From: Mobula hypostoma | Taxonomy: Eukaryota | NCBI RefSeq assembly: GCF_963921235.1 | Contig: NC_086101.1 | Span: 22,072,001-22,136,000, forward strand | Length of the DNA: 64,000 nt | Direction of reading: 5' to 3' | Shown: positions 37,560 to 50,130 of the stretch, piece by piece | How positions within the stretch are numbered: the first letter of the stretch is position 1 | Layout of the letters: the number at the start of each line of letters is the position of its first letter | Notes under the pieces: generated by a model | Told to the model about the DNA's origin: nothing | Seen by the model: the letters and a program-made list of their open reading frames with translations, nothing else | The model's database searches: none | Translations under genes and position numbers: made by a program

Positions 37560-38684
37560 GTAGGTAACTTCCCAGTAGTTTTGTTCCGTGTGTTGAGAAT
37601 GTTTGGATTCGGACTGTAGGAGGGAAACGTATTAACTGTAGTTATCTTTTAAAGCGTTGATGAGTTTGATCTGGCGTACAGAAAACACTTGTAAGGACTT
37701 TTTTTCCCGTGCCTTGCTCTCTTCTCGCTGCTGCCAGCACGAGGGAGGTACAGGAGTCTTAGGTCCCACATTATCAGGTTCAGGAACAGTTATTACACGT
37801 CAACCATCAGGCTCCTGAACCAACGTGGGTAACTCCACTCACCTCAACATAGATCTGATCCACAACCTGTAGACACATTTTCAACGACTCTAGAACTTAC
37901 GTTCCCGGTATCTGTCTATATATTTATTTATTTCTTACACAAAGCATTTGGTTATTTATCTGTTCATTCAGTTACTGTATTTGCAGTTTGTTTTCTTTTG
38001 CACGCTGGTTGTTTGCCAGTCCTTGTGTGTAGTTTTATCTGTGATTCTGTAGTATTTCTTTATTCTAATGTGAATGCCTGCCAGAAAATGAATCTCAGGA
38101 TAGTATATGGTTACATACACGTACTTTGACAATAAACTTACCTTGAACTTTGAAATTGTATTTAAAATGAGGCACGACGAGCCCAGCGAGTTGTATTCAT
38201 GCAGGTTTTCAATGTAGTTAAACATCACAGGAATCTTGAAGGCTAATTTACAGAATTTGATGCCTAACCACAAAAGAAGATTGGAGCGTGTGTATAACAC
38301 TAAAGAGGTGGCACGTTTTAAAGATTATTTCAAAGATGTGGTTTCCAAAAATCCACCCTCTTCTCCACAGACTGCCTTCTCGTCATAGGTTAGAAAATGC
38401 CAAACATTCACCACTTTCAGACTGAAGACATTTCTTTAACCTCAGGCCTGAATGGCCTGCCCATTATTTGAGGCTCTGACCTTAAGCCAGTCTCCATACA
38501 TTTATGCTGCTTTGTCCAATCCTCATATTATATGTTTCAATGACATTCTACTGCACTAAGCTCAAGACAACTATGGCTTTGTCCATTAATGTTCTCCTCA
38601 TTCACAGATCCAGTGTCCCAAGAACCATTCAGCTGCATCTTGGCTGCTCTCCATCTAAACTGTTGTCATTTAAGTGAGGATATA

Positions 38685-41070
38685 GTCATAGTCATAGTCA
38701 TACTTTATTGATCCCGGGGGAAATGGGTTTTCATTACAGTTGCACCATAAATAATTAAATAGTAATAAAACCATAAATAGTTAAATAGTAATATGTAAAT
38801 TATGCCAGAAAATAAGTCCAGGACCAGCCTATTGGCTCAGGGTGTCTGACACTCCAGGGGAGGAGTTGTAAAGTTTGATGGCCACAGGCAGGAATGACTT
38901 CCTATGATGCTCAGTGCTGCATCTCGGTGGAATGAGTCTCTGGCTGAATGTACTCCTGTGCCCAACCAGTACATTATGTAGTGGATGGGAGACATTGTCC
39001 AAGATGGCATGCAACTTAGAAAGCATCCTCTTTTCAGACACCACCATGAGAGAGTCCAGTTCCATCCCCACAACATCACTGGCCTTACGAATGAGTTTGT
39101 TGATTCTGTTGGTGTCTGCTACCCTCAGCCTGCTGCAAACATGATAGCACTGGCCACCACAGACTCGTAGAACATCCTCAACATCGTCCGGCAGATGTTA
39201 AAGGACCTCAGTCTCCTCAGGAAATAGAGACGGCTCTGACCCTTCTTGTAGACAGCCTCAGTGTTCTTTGACCAGTCCAGTTTATTGTCAATTCGTATCC
39301 CCAGGTATTTGTAATCCTCCACCATATCCACACTGACCCCCTGGATGGAAACAGGGGTCACCGGTACCTTAGTTCTCCTCAGGTCTACCACCAGCTCCTT
39401 AGTCTTTTTCACATTAAGCTGCAGATAATTCTGCTCATACCATGTGACAAAGTTTCCTACCGTAGCCCTGTACTCAGCCTCATCTCCCTTGCTGATCCAT
39501 CCAACTATGGCAGAGTCATCAGAAAACTTCTGAAGATGACAAGACTCTGTGCAGTAGTTGAAGTCCGAGGTGTAAATGGTGATGAGAAAGGGAGACAAGA
39601 CAATCCCCTGTGGAGCCCCAGTGCTGCTGATCATTCTGTTGGACACACAGTGTTGCAAGCACACGTACTGTGGTCTGCCAGTCAGGTAATCAAGAATCCA
39701 TGACACCAGGGGTGCAACCACCTGCATCGCTGTCAGCTTCTCCCCCAGCAGAGCAGGGCGGATGGTGTTGAATGCACTGGAGAAGTCAAAAAACATGACC
39801 CTCATGGTGCTCGCTGGCTTGTCCAGGAGGGTGTAGACACGGTTCAGCAGGTAGACGATGGCATCCTCAACTCCTAGTCGGGGCTGGTAGGCGAACTGGA
39901 GGGGATCTAAGTGTGGCCTGACCATAGGCCGGAGCAGCTCCAGGACAAGTCTCTCCAGGGTCTTCATGACGTGGGAGGTCAATGCCACTGGTCTGTAGTC
40001 ATTGAGGCCGCTGGGGCGCGGCGTCTTCAGCACAGGGACGAGGCAGGATGTCTTCCACAGTACAGGAACCCTCCGGAGCCTCAGGTTCAGGTTGAATACA
40101 TGGCAAAGTACTCCACATAGCTGAGGGGCACAGGCTTTGAGCACCCTGGTACTGACACCATCTGGTCCTGCAGCCTTGCTTGAGTTGAGACGTTTCAGCT
40201 GTCCTCTCACCTGTTCAGCTGTGAAGCCCACCGTGGTGGTTTCGTGTGGGGGAGGGATATGGTCATGAGAGCAGGGTGGGGGACTGTGAGGAGGGGTAGG
40301 AGGGGAGAGAGGAATATGTGTTGGTTGGGGGCCAACAACAGATGGCTCATGTGGGGGATGGGCAGGGCCACAATGTCAAATCTGTTAAAGAACAGGTTAA
40401 GCTCATTGGCCCTGTCCACACTGCCTTCCGCTCCTCTGTTGCTAGTTTGCTGGAATCCAGTGATGGCCCTCATCCCCCTCCAGACCTCTTTCATGTTGTT
40501 CTGCTGGAGTTTCCACTCAAGCTTCCTCCTGTACCTGTCTTTAGCCTCCCTGATCCTGGCTTTCAGGTCCCTCTGTATTGCCCTCAGCTCCTCCCTATTT
40601 CCGTCTCTATCTTCCATCTTCCATCTCTACCCAATTTACCCAATTTCCCTCGGGATCAATAAAGTATATCTATCTATCTAAACACCCTCTTTTTAGATTC
40701 AGGATGTCCTTAATGTCCTTTGTTACCCATGGCTTGTTATTTGAATAACAAAGGACAGTTCTTGTCGGAACATTGCAGTCTACACAGAAGTTGATGTAAT
40801 CAGTGATGCACTCTGAGAGCCCATCAATATCCTCTCCATGTGGCTTACAGAGTGCCTGCCAGTCTGTCACATCAAAACAACCCTGGACCGCCTCATAAGC
40901 CTCCTCCGACCATTTCCTCACTGTCCTTGAGGTTGCAGGTTTACTCTTCACCAGAGGCACGTAGCAGGGTTTGAGATGCACCAGGTTGTGATCTGACCTT
41001 CCCAGTAGGGGGAGGGGAGAGGAGCTGTATGCATCCTTAACATTAGCGTACATCAAATCCATATCAAGAT
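38685..41070 (-). mobile_element. Young Rex1/Babar LINE copy C (longest; APE end through RT to tail)
   Basis: ORFs 40670-41062 (GRSDHNLVHL), 40207-40617, 39125-40231 (RT) and 38829-39071. (TATGAC)n tail. Lies antisense in intron 2 of the Ig gene. Confidence 0.95.
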
Positions 41071-41324
41071 TGCACCTAGCACACCAGGCATGGACTCAGA
41101 CTTTCTCATTTTGTACTCAAATCTTCTTACAATAAAGGCCAACATACACGTGGCATAAACCCATTCAGTAGGTCAGACCACATCTGTGGAAAGAGGAAAT
41201 GAGTTAATAGCTCAGGCTGAAGACCTTCCAATTTTTTTTTTATTTTGTATTTTCAGCATATATAGTGTTGAAATTTCAAGTCACTTACCTTCCTTTGCCT
41301 ACTGCAACCATATGTTATTTCTGA

Positions 41325-41495
41325 GTTTGCGTGGAACGTCACAGTGAGCATTATGCTATAACAATACCAGTGACCCAGGTTCAATTCCCGCCCCTGTCCG
41401 TAAGGAGTTTGTACGTTCTCCCCGTGACCGTGTGGGTTTCCTCCGGGTGCCTCGGTTTCCTCCCACGTTCCGATCATGTATGGATTGGTCACGTG
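41325..41495 (+). mobile_element. HE1-like V-SINE
   Basis: B box ggttcaattcc and V domain ggagtttgtacgttctccccgtgaccgtgtgggtttcctccgggtgc. Related copies near 42240-42380 (-), 47270-47430 (-) and 60640-60790 (+). Confidence 0.75.
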
Positions 41496-43697
41496 GGTGT
41501 GATTTTGCACCTTGGTTGTTTGTCCATCTTTGCTATTTCTATTGTGTTTCTTTGTATTTATTGTGAATGCCCATAAGAAAATGAATTTCAGGGTAGTATA
41601 TGTACTTCGATAATAAAGTGTCCTTTGAACTTTAACTGGGTGACCGGGGACTCGTTGGACCAGAAGGGACTGTAACTGTGCCTCATCTCTAAATTAATAC
41701 ATGTTATAAGGACAACCAGCTCCCTCTGACTATTAAGACATTCAATCTCATACCATTTGAAAATACTCCTCCTTCCTCTTTTTCTCCCTTGTATTTCTGC
41801 ACATTATATTCAACTTGCCGTGTCATTACCCAGTCACAAATTTTAACTGTGCCATCATAAAACACGTTTGGATTCTCCTCACAGACCATACTGCCACTTT
41901 GTAGCACCAGGTTTAAGCAGCATCCGCAGAGACAAAAAGAGTAAGTTTCGGGACAACACCCTTCATCAGGACTGAGAGGGAAAAGGAAAGATTGTTGTTA
42001 TAACTGTCAGAAAGGGATGGGAGAAAGGCTGGGCAGTGATGGGTGGAATCAGATGCAGATAGAATGGGGGTGGGAGTGGATAGGAGTGATGAACAATAAT
42101 CTTGGCAAACAGGGAGCGGACATTAGGAAATGACCCATTATGATTTATCATCTGGATTCTGCATCTTCCGTCTATTTTCTTTCTTCATTTAGCTTGGTAA
42201 CAGGCCTGCACTGCCTAATACACATGCAACCTATTAACCTACTAACCTGTACATCTTTGGAATGTGGGAGGAAACCAGAGCACCTGGTGGAAACCTACAT
42301 GGGTCACAGGAAGAACGTACAGACTTCTTACAGACATCAGCAGGAACTGAACCTGAGTTACTGGCACACAAGTAGCATTGCACTAACTGCTATGTTATCA
42401 TGCACCCTGAAGTGTTTTGGCTCTGTACTTCGTATCACCAGCTGTCTCATATATATTATACAAGATTCCCTTATCAAAATTTCACCATATCCAGTAAGTA
42501 GCTGGGATCCCACTCTCCAACTTCCTCTCCCTACACTGGTCAAAATCTCCGAACCTGAATCTTGTCAAGTTAAATCTAGTCAGATTCCTAATCTTTACTT
42601 TTCATGCGTTAAACAATCTTCAATCCAAGTCAGTATGTTACTCGCAATAGTGTGCACTCTAATTATCAACAACCTCTTCTGTGGTGCCTCATCAAAGACT
42701 TTCTGAGGGTTCAGTTAGACCACAATTAGTTTGCCCTTATCTATTCTGATAGTAACAATGTCAGAAAATCACAAAAGATTAGTAAGGAATCATTTCTTTT
42801 TCGTAGTGGCATCAAGGTAACCCTAACCCTATCCCACCTGAGTGAGAGGATCAGAAAGCGAGTGATATTGTTTTCTTTTTCTCAGACACACCCTAAAAGT
42901 CAAAAAGTCTTTTAAGTGTTCCTTTCAACGTGCACACAGAGAGAATCAGTTTAAAAATAAACCTACAGTAACCCAAAGAATTAATTTTCGACTTGTACTT
43001 ATATGGAAGCAGTTAATGCAAGTATGGCCACTTTATATAAAACTATTGAGTTATATATTTATAAAATGTTTATTTTTATATTTATATGTAGAATCTAAAT
43101 CTAAGTGGGAAATTAGCAGAAGTTCCAATTTCCCCCATGCTGGAGATCCCCTCCTTTCTAAATAGTCATCGTCATAGTCATACTTTATTGATCCAGGGGG
43201 AAATTGGTTAAATGAATGTACTGGCTTGACAATTGTCAAGTTTGAAGTACCTGAATATCTCCTCATTGCTGCCATCAGGAAGAAGGTACAGGAGCCTCAA
43301 GACTCACACCACCAGGTTCAGGAACAGTTATTACCCCTCAACCATCAGGCTCTTCAACGAAAGAGGATAACTTGATTTATCCCATCACTGAAATATTCCT
43401 ACAACCAATGAACTCACTTTCAAGGACTGTCCATCTCATGTCCTTGGCATTTATTGCTTATTTATTTATTATTATTGTTTCTCCTTTTTGCATTTGCACA
43501 GTCTGTTCTCTTCTGCACCCTGGTTGAACACCCTAGCTGAGTGGTCTTTCATTGATTCCATTGTGTTATTATTCTAGAGATTTGTTGAGTATATCCACAA
43601 AAAAATTAATCTCAGGGTTGTTTATGGTGACATATATGTACTTTGATAATAAAATTTACCTTGAACTTTGAACTTCCAATCCTGACTTGTTCTACAG

Positions 43698-43799
43698 ATA
43701 CAGCCAAGAAGATAACTCCAGGATTCAAAGACAAAATTCGATATGTTACTCTTACTCTTATTTTGTTTTTCTTGTGTTTTACCATGAAGATACGGAGAG
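43698..43799 (+). CDS. Ig-superfamily receptor exon 3: stalk plus transmembrane (DTAKKITPGFKDKIRYVTLTLILFFLCFTMKIRR)
   Basis: Acceptor cttgttctacAG and donor G|GTGAGC, phase 1-1. Hydrophobic run followed by the basic stop-transfer KIRR. Confidence 0.8.
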
Positions 43800-44829
43800 G
43801 TGAGCAATTATGATATGGCACAGCCTACCTATACTTGAGCATGATATTTGTGTGTTTTTTACAACTTTCAATTATTTTATTAATACACAAAACTAATAAA
43901 ATGCTGTGCTGTTATACGGATTACATATTGTACCTCTATCAATCTGAGATCAGTTTAGCCACATAAAAACAACATTATAAACACAAGAGAATTGACAGAC
44001 ACTGGAAATCCACAGCAACACTCAAAATGTTGGAGGAACTCAGCAGGCCAGGCAGTGTCTGTGGAGCAGAATAAACAGTCGATGTTTGGGTCAGAAGGCT
44101 TCAGCAGGAAAAATTGCCAAGTACAGTCATGGTCAAAGATACCAAACGACACGGCTACCACATGGTCGGCTAATTAGATACAATATTTGAAATAATGAGC
44201 AAGCGTACAGGTGTACCTAATAAAGTGGCCACTGAGTGAAAGTATGTAGGTCAGTTTCTACACCATACATGGCTTTATCACATCATCCTATTTCTCCATG
44301 GCACGATGATGATGATGATGATGATGATGATGATATGTGTAGTTAGTAACATTTTAACTTTTCTCTGCATGGCAATCTTATGGGTTGAGTTGAGTGCCTG
44401 TTATACGTGGCGCCCAAATTAGGATGGGTGTAGAAACCACTGTTGCTCATGAACCTATTAATTCCTCAACATTAACATTTTACAAAAGTAATAAAATAAC
44501 AAATACTAATAAATGTAATAACTAAATATTAGTGCCGTGAAGTTCCTATAAAAGTTAAAATGATAGAATATTCTGCAATCCTATTTGTTAAATGAATCTA
44601 TGATAGAGCATTTCTCTTCCAGTTAAAAATTAATTAAGTACAGTACATAATGTTTGCATGACAGAAACTCCTTGTAATCCTGACAGAAGAGAAAATTAGT
44701 TGAGATGTTACTGTGCAACTTTAAATGTTTAATATATAATTATTTTGGCTGGAGTGTACCAATTCAAGGTTCTGACCAGCAACTGCTCATTGCCAAAGGG
44801 GGACTAATATGAGTTTTTTTTCTTCTTAG

Positions 44830-44885
44830 ATTCTAAACGAGCTCAAAAACGATCAAAAAGAGGAAATGCTTCTCAGAATGGTCAG
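44830..44885 (+). CDS. Ig-superfamily receptor exon 4: juxtamembrane tail (DSKRAQKRSKRGNASQNGQ)
   Basis: Acceptor ttttttttcttcttAG and donor CAG|GTAAGC, phase 1 to 0, open and basic. Confidence 0.8.
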
Positions 44886-45133
44886 GTAAGCACAACCATG
44901 AGGAACGTTGAGATTATCTTATCCATGTAGATATTTGATTCTTGAATTGCTGCTCCTCCACAGTCTGCAAAGATATGGGCTCTCTAATATGTATTTAGAG
45001 AACACTTTGGCTCATCTGGTGCTGGCTATTGGCAAGAGATGTTGTATTAGTGACGGTGGAAGGGTGGAGAAACAGGATGGCGTGGTAAAGCTGTGCATCA
45101 GCATTCTACATATAGTGAGTGACCTACATGCAT

Positions 45134-45665
45134 ACACTTAGTGGTCACTTTATTGGTACACCCGTACACTTGCTTCTTAATGCAAATATCCAATTATCCA
45201 ATCACATAGCAGCAACTCAATGCATAAAAGTATGCAGACATGCTCAAGAGGTTCAGTTGTTGCTCGGAATGGGGAAGAAATGTGACTATATGACTTAGTG
45301 GAATGATAATTGGTGCCGGGCGGAGTATCTCAGAAACTGCTGATCTCCCGTGATCTTCATGCACAACAGTCTCCAGAGTTTACAGAGAACGATGCGACAA
45401 AGGAAAACGTCCAGTGAGTGGCAGGTTCTGTGAGTGAAAATACCTTGTTAATGAGAGAGGTCCAAGGAGAACGGCCAGGCTGGTTCAAGCTGACAGGAAA
45501 ATGGCAGTAACTCAAGGACAGCGCATTACAGCAGTGGTGTGCAGAAGAGTCTCTCTGAATGCACGATACATCAAACCTTGAAGAGGATGGGCTACAGCAC
45601 AGAAGACCAGGAATGTACACTCTGTGGCCACTTCATTAGGTAGAGGAGGTAGCTGACCAAGAGGC
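45134..45665 (+). mobile_element. Tc1-like non-autonomous element
   Basis: TIR cacttagtggtcactttattggtacac; same family as 19095-19642. A right-end remnant of another copy lies at 44150-44238. Confidence 0.8.
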
Positions 45666-48539
45666 CACTGACCATAGGGCTATGGCTGGGCTTTCAGATG
45701 ATTGTACTGAGGGCACGGAGATGAGAATTGAAAGGGTATACATCACAATAATCACATTCCCAACACCGTGTTTGAACACAAGCAATATTCTTCTGTGAAA
45801 TGGTTATATCATGACCTTTCTGTGTTTCATTGCCCAAGGTATCTACTGTGCATGTCCACAACTGTTGCATATGCTTTAACTTATGCATAGCTCCCAAAAA
45901 TGTGTAACATTCCTGTAATACATATCATCTTCCCAATAGCAGACAGTTCAAGGACAAGGAAACGGATTAAAGGTGAAGGGCAGCAGAGACAAGGAACTCA
46001 TTAACACAGAGTGTTAGCAAAGACTGCTGTAACACAGAAACAGGCCATTCGGCCTCCAGTCCGTGCCAACCCAATCTTCTACATAGTCCCCTCTGGAACA
46101 TAGCCTCTCTGAACCTGTTGCTGACATGTCGGGTGCTGGGGTGGAGATACTTCTCTGCAAAAGGAGGTGTACGGCACTCATTTCCTCTGCTAGCCTGCAG
46201 GTCACCCTTGGGCAAGGTGTAATACCTGCTTAGCCTTCCCCTCCCCAATCAGGAACATGTGAAGCCATGGGAGCAGGTGGTGGGTGGTCGTACGAGCAGC
46301 TGGTGCATACCACTAGTCCCGGTTATGTGACCACTGATGCCAGCAGTCGATCTCCAAAGGGCATTGATAATGGCTGGAGTCACCCATCTTGTAAAGAGAC
46401 TGCCCAGAGGAAAGCAATGGCAAACCACATTTGTTAAAAAAAATTACCAAGAACAACCACAGTGTTGGAAAGACCACGATCACCCACGTCATACAACATG
46501 GCACATAACAATGACGATGATCTTGGCAGATACAGTAGCTGGAGATCTAAGCAGCACATTGAAAACAGGAAACAGAAAGGTTAAGCAAGTCCCATTAAGT
46601 CATGGACTGCTACAGCACAGAAACAGGACTTTCGGCCCATCTACTTCATGCCGACATGGTCTTCTGTCTACTTGCACCTGGACCATAGCCACTCCAAACC
46701 CTTTGCAGACATATGTCATGAAATATACTGTGCAGCAACAATATTGTGCAAGACATTAAAATTACTATAAGTTACAGAAATAAATAACTAGTGCAAAAGT
46801 GGAATAATGATGTGGAGTTAATAAGTTTGTGGACAGTTCAGGCTCCTGCACAGATCTTTGGATTTCAGCTAATCTATGCCCTGCTGTGTCCTTAGGCAAC
46901 CATACTTGTGATATATGGCTTCACGTCATCAGCAAACTTACCCATTAAACTAAGTACCAATAAAAAATAAAATAAATAAATCATGCAAACAAGGAATAGT
47001 GATGTGGTGTTCATGGGTTCATGGACTATTGAGGAACCTGACGGTGGAGGGGAAGAAGCTGTTCCTCAAACATTGCGTGTGGATCTTCAGGCTCCTGTAC
47101 CTCCTCTCCATAAGGACAAATTTCACAACATATGCTCATGATAATAAACCTGATTCTGGTACTAATGAGAAGAGGACATGTCCCAGATGGTGAAGGTCCT
47201 TAGTGATGGATACTGCCTTCCTGAGTCTCCATGTCAATATAATCCTATATTAATCCCATTTTATTCTACCCACATTCCCATTATCTCCCCTAGATTCCAC
47301 CCCACGATTTACAGTGGCTAACCAATGGGCAATCTGTGCCTCTTTGGAATATGGAAGGAAGCTGACCTACTTGGGAAAACATGCAAACTCCACACAGGCA
47401 GTCCCAGAGGTCAAGGTGCCTTGAGATGCAAGGCAGTGTTATTTGTACCTTCACCAACTAGTGGTGAAACTCTACCGCAGAACATCTTAGAAACAAAGTG
47501 ATTAAATACTGTATATTCATGGAGGAGTTAGATGACTAAAGAGATCACGCCATCAAGAGTACTGAGGCAATCAGCTGTTATTATAAAGAATGGCCAACTC
47601 TTGCTTTTATTTTCTGCATTTCTATCTTTTGTATTATGACTGAAGTATAAAAGTTTTCCAATTAATATACTGTTTGAAAGTTAGAATTTTTTTTAAAGCA
47701 AAAACGCATTTTCCTTTTAAATTAATTTTTATCCATTTGTGAATTATTTATAACCGTGACAAACAGCCCAAAGGAAAATATTGCATCTGTTCTAATTCAT
47801 GTAAACATGATTTGTAATTGTGGATGGTTATATTCAATGTTCTTCCATCTTCGAGTGTTAGATGTTCACGCCAAAGTGACCTCACACATTACGGTTGGCA
47901 TTTAGCTCATTTCTACTTCTGGTTTATGTTTACCTAAAAGCCCGGTGCAGATATACAGACATTAACTGACCTAAAAGCACAAAAATAACGAAAGGAAATG
48001 GAAGTGACAGCCTATGCTTTGCTGCAGGATATGACCATAAAAAAGCAACAAACCCCTTTAAACTATAATATTACAATTAGTGATGAATCTCAATCTTCTG
48101 TTTTTCTCAATTCAGTGGTGTGAAGAAAACGACAGATTTTTTTAGAAGACAAAGATAGAACAGAATGGCTAAAATGTCCCCAAGTTCTTACCTTAATCCC
48201 TCAATTTAAATCCATCAGGAAATTATTGCCTGGAAATTAGATTGCACCTACTTTGCTTTGGTGCAAAACCATAAGACCATAAGATAAAGGAGCAGAAGTC
48301 GGCCATTCGGCCCATCGAGTCTGCTCTGCCATTTTATCATGAGCTGATCCATTCTCCCATTTAGTCCCACTCCCCCGCCTTCTCACCATAACCTTTGATG
48401 CCCTGGCTACTCAGATCCCTATCAATCTCTTCCTTAAATACACCCAATGACTTAGCCTCCATTGCCGCCCGTGGCAACAAATTGCATAGATTCACCACCC
48501 TCTGGCTAAAAAAATTTCTTCACAAACGTCACTGTATTT

Positions 48540-49240
48540 TAGATTAGATTAGATTATGAGGACACTCAGTCCTCGTTTATTGTCATTTAGAAATGCATGC
48601 ATTAAGAAATGATTCAATGTTCCTCCAGAGTGATATCACAAAAAAAAGGACAAACCAAAGACTAACACTGACAAGACCACATAATTATAACTTATAGTTA
48701 CAGCAGTGCAAAGCAATACCATAATTTGATAAAGAGCAGACCATGGGCACGGTAAAAAAAAAGTCTCAAAGTTCCAATCGACTCCCGATAGTCCCGATAG
48801 CAGGTGGCAAAAGGGAGAAACTCTCCCTGCCATAAACCTCCAGGCGCCGACAACTGTCAACGCATTGGAAGCACCCGACCACAGCTGACTCTGAGTCTGT
48901 CCGAAAACTTCGAACCTCTGACCAGCCCCTCTGATACAGCCTCCCGAGCACCATGCTCTGCTGAGCGCTTTGACCCCCTCACCCCCCCCTGCCCCCGGCT
49001 GCTGAACAACAAGCAAAGCCGAGGACTCGGGGCCTTCTCCTCCGGAGATTCTGGATCACACAGTAGCAGCGGCAGTGAAGCAGGCATTTCAGAAGTTTCT
49101 CCAGATGTTCCTCTGTGCTCTCACATCTGTCTCCATCAAATCAGGATTTTGCACGGCACCCTACTTGACAGATAACAGGTATCATTCACCGGAGTGGCGC
49201 TGCGCACTGCGTCGCACCGCCATCTTCTCCTCCTCCTCCT
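48540..49240 (-). mobile_element. Non-autonomous non-LTR element with (ATCTA)n tail, inserted in a CR1 tail
   Basis: 5' ggagaagatggcggtgcgacgcag; 3' tail ctaatctaatctaatct; no coding remnant recognised. Confidence 0.55.
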
Positions 49241-49509
49241 TACTTGTTTGAGTTTGAGCTCTCAGTTGGGTCTCTCTCCGTTGCAAAGGAAGTACATAAG
49301 TTTTAAGATGTTGTATCCTACACTCAGAAAGAGTGCAGAAACATGACTTCCAAAGTGCCAAGTTGTGTTCCCACAGATTATGTGCAACTTCCAAGACTGC
49401 TGCATAGCAATACTAAAAGACAATCAGTCCTTAAAGACACACTTGGCTTGGCAGCCGGACAGCAGTAATGATGGAGTTAGAGGCTATAGGGGTCAAGAGA
49501 GAGATGTCA

Positions 49510-50130
49510 GCTGACACGGGACAGGGGTCAGGGATCAAAGGACTGGGGACAGAGAACCAGGACTGGGAATGGGAGACAGGGGACTGGGAATGGGGGACAG
49601 GGAATTAGTGACAGGAAACAGGGACAGGGAACAGGAGACTGGTGACAGGGAAGAGGGAACAGGGGACAGGGGGCAGGGGAGAGGGAACAAGGACAGGAAA
49701 CGGGACGGGGACAGGAGACAGGGGAAAGGAGACAGAGGACAGGGGAAAGGGGACAGGGAAAGGAAACAGGGACAGGAGACAGGAGACAGGGACAGGGAAC
49801 AGGGAACAGGGGTCGGAGACAGGGGACAGGGGAAAGGGGACAGGGAAAGGGAACAGGGACAGGGGACAGGAGACAGGGACAGGGGACAGGGGACAGGGAA
49901 TAGTGGACAGGGGAAAGAGGACAGGGGCCTGGTGATAGGGAACAGGGGACAGGCGACAGGGAGGGACAGGGGACAGGAGCAGAAGGGAGAGGACTGTGAT
50001 AGGGGATGGGGAACAAGAAACAGAGGACAGGTGTCAAGACAGAGAGGACAGGTTACAGGAAATACAGAATAGGGAACGAAAGGCAGAAAACAGAGAACAG
50101 GGAACATGGGATGGGGGATAAGGGAGAGCT
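49510..50130 (+). repeat. Purine-rich GGGACA(G)-type minisatellite
   Basis: Dozens of degenerate ggggacagg/gggaacagg units. Source of the spurious ORFs 49528-50107. Confidence 0.95.

Noticed and set aside
49528-50107. Pro/Cys-rich and Gly/Arg-rich ORFs of 97-190 aa
   Set aside because: Translation artefacts of the GGGACA minisatellite, which lacks stop codons in several frames.
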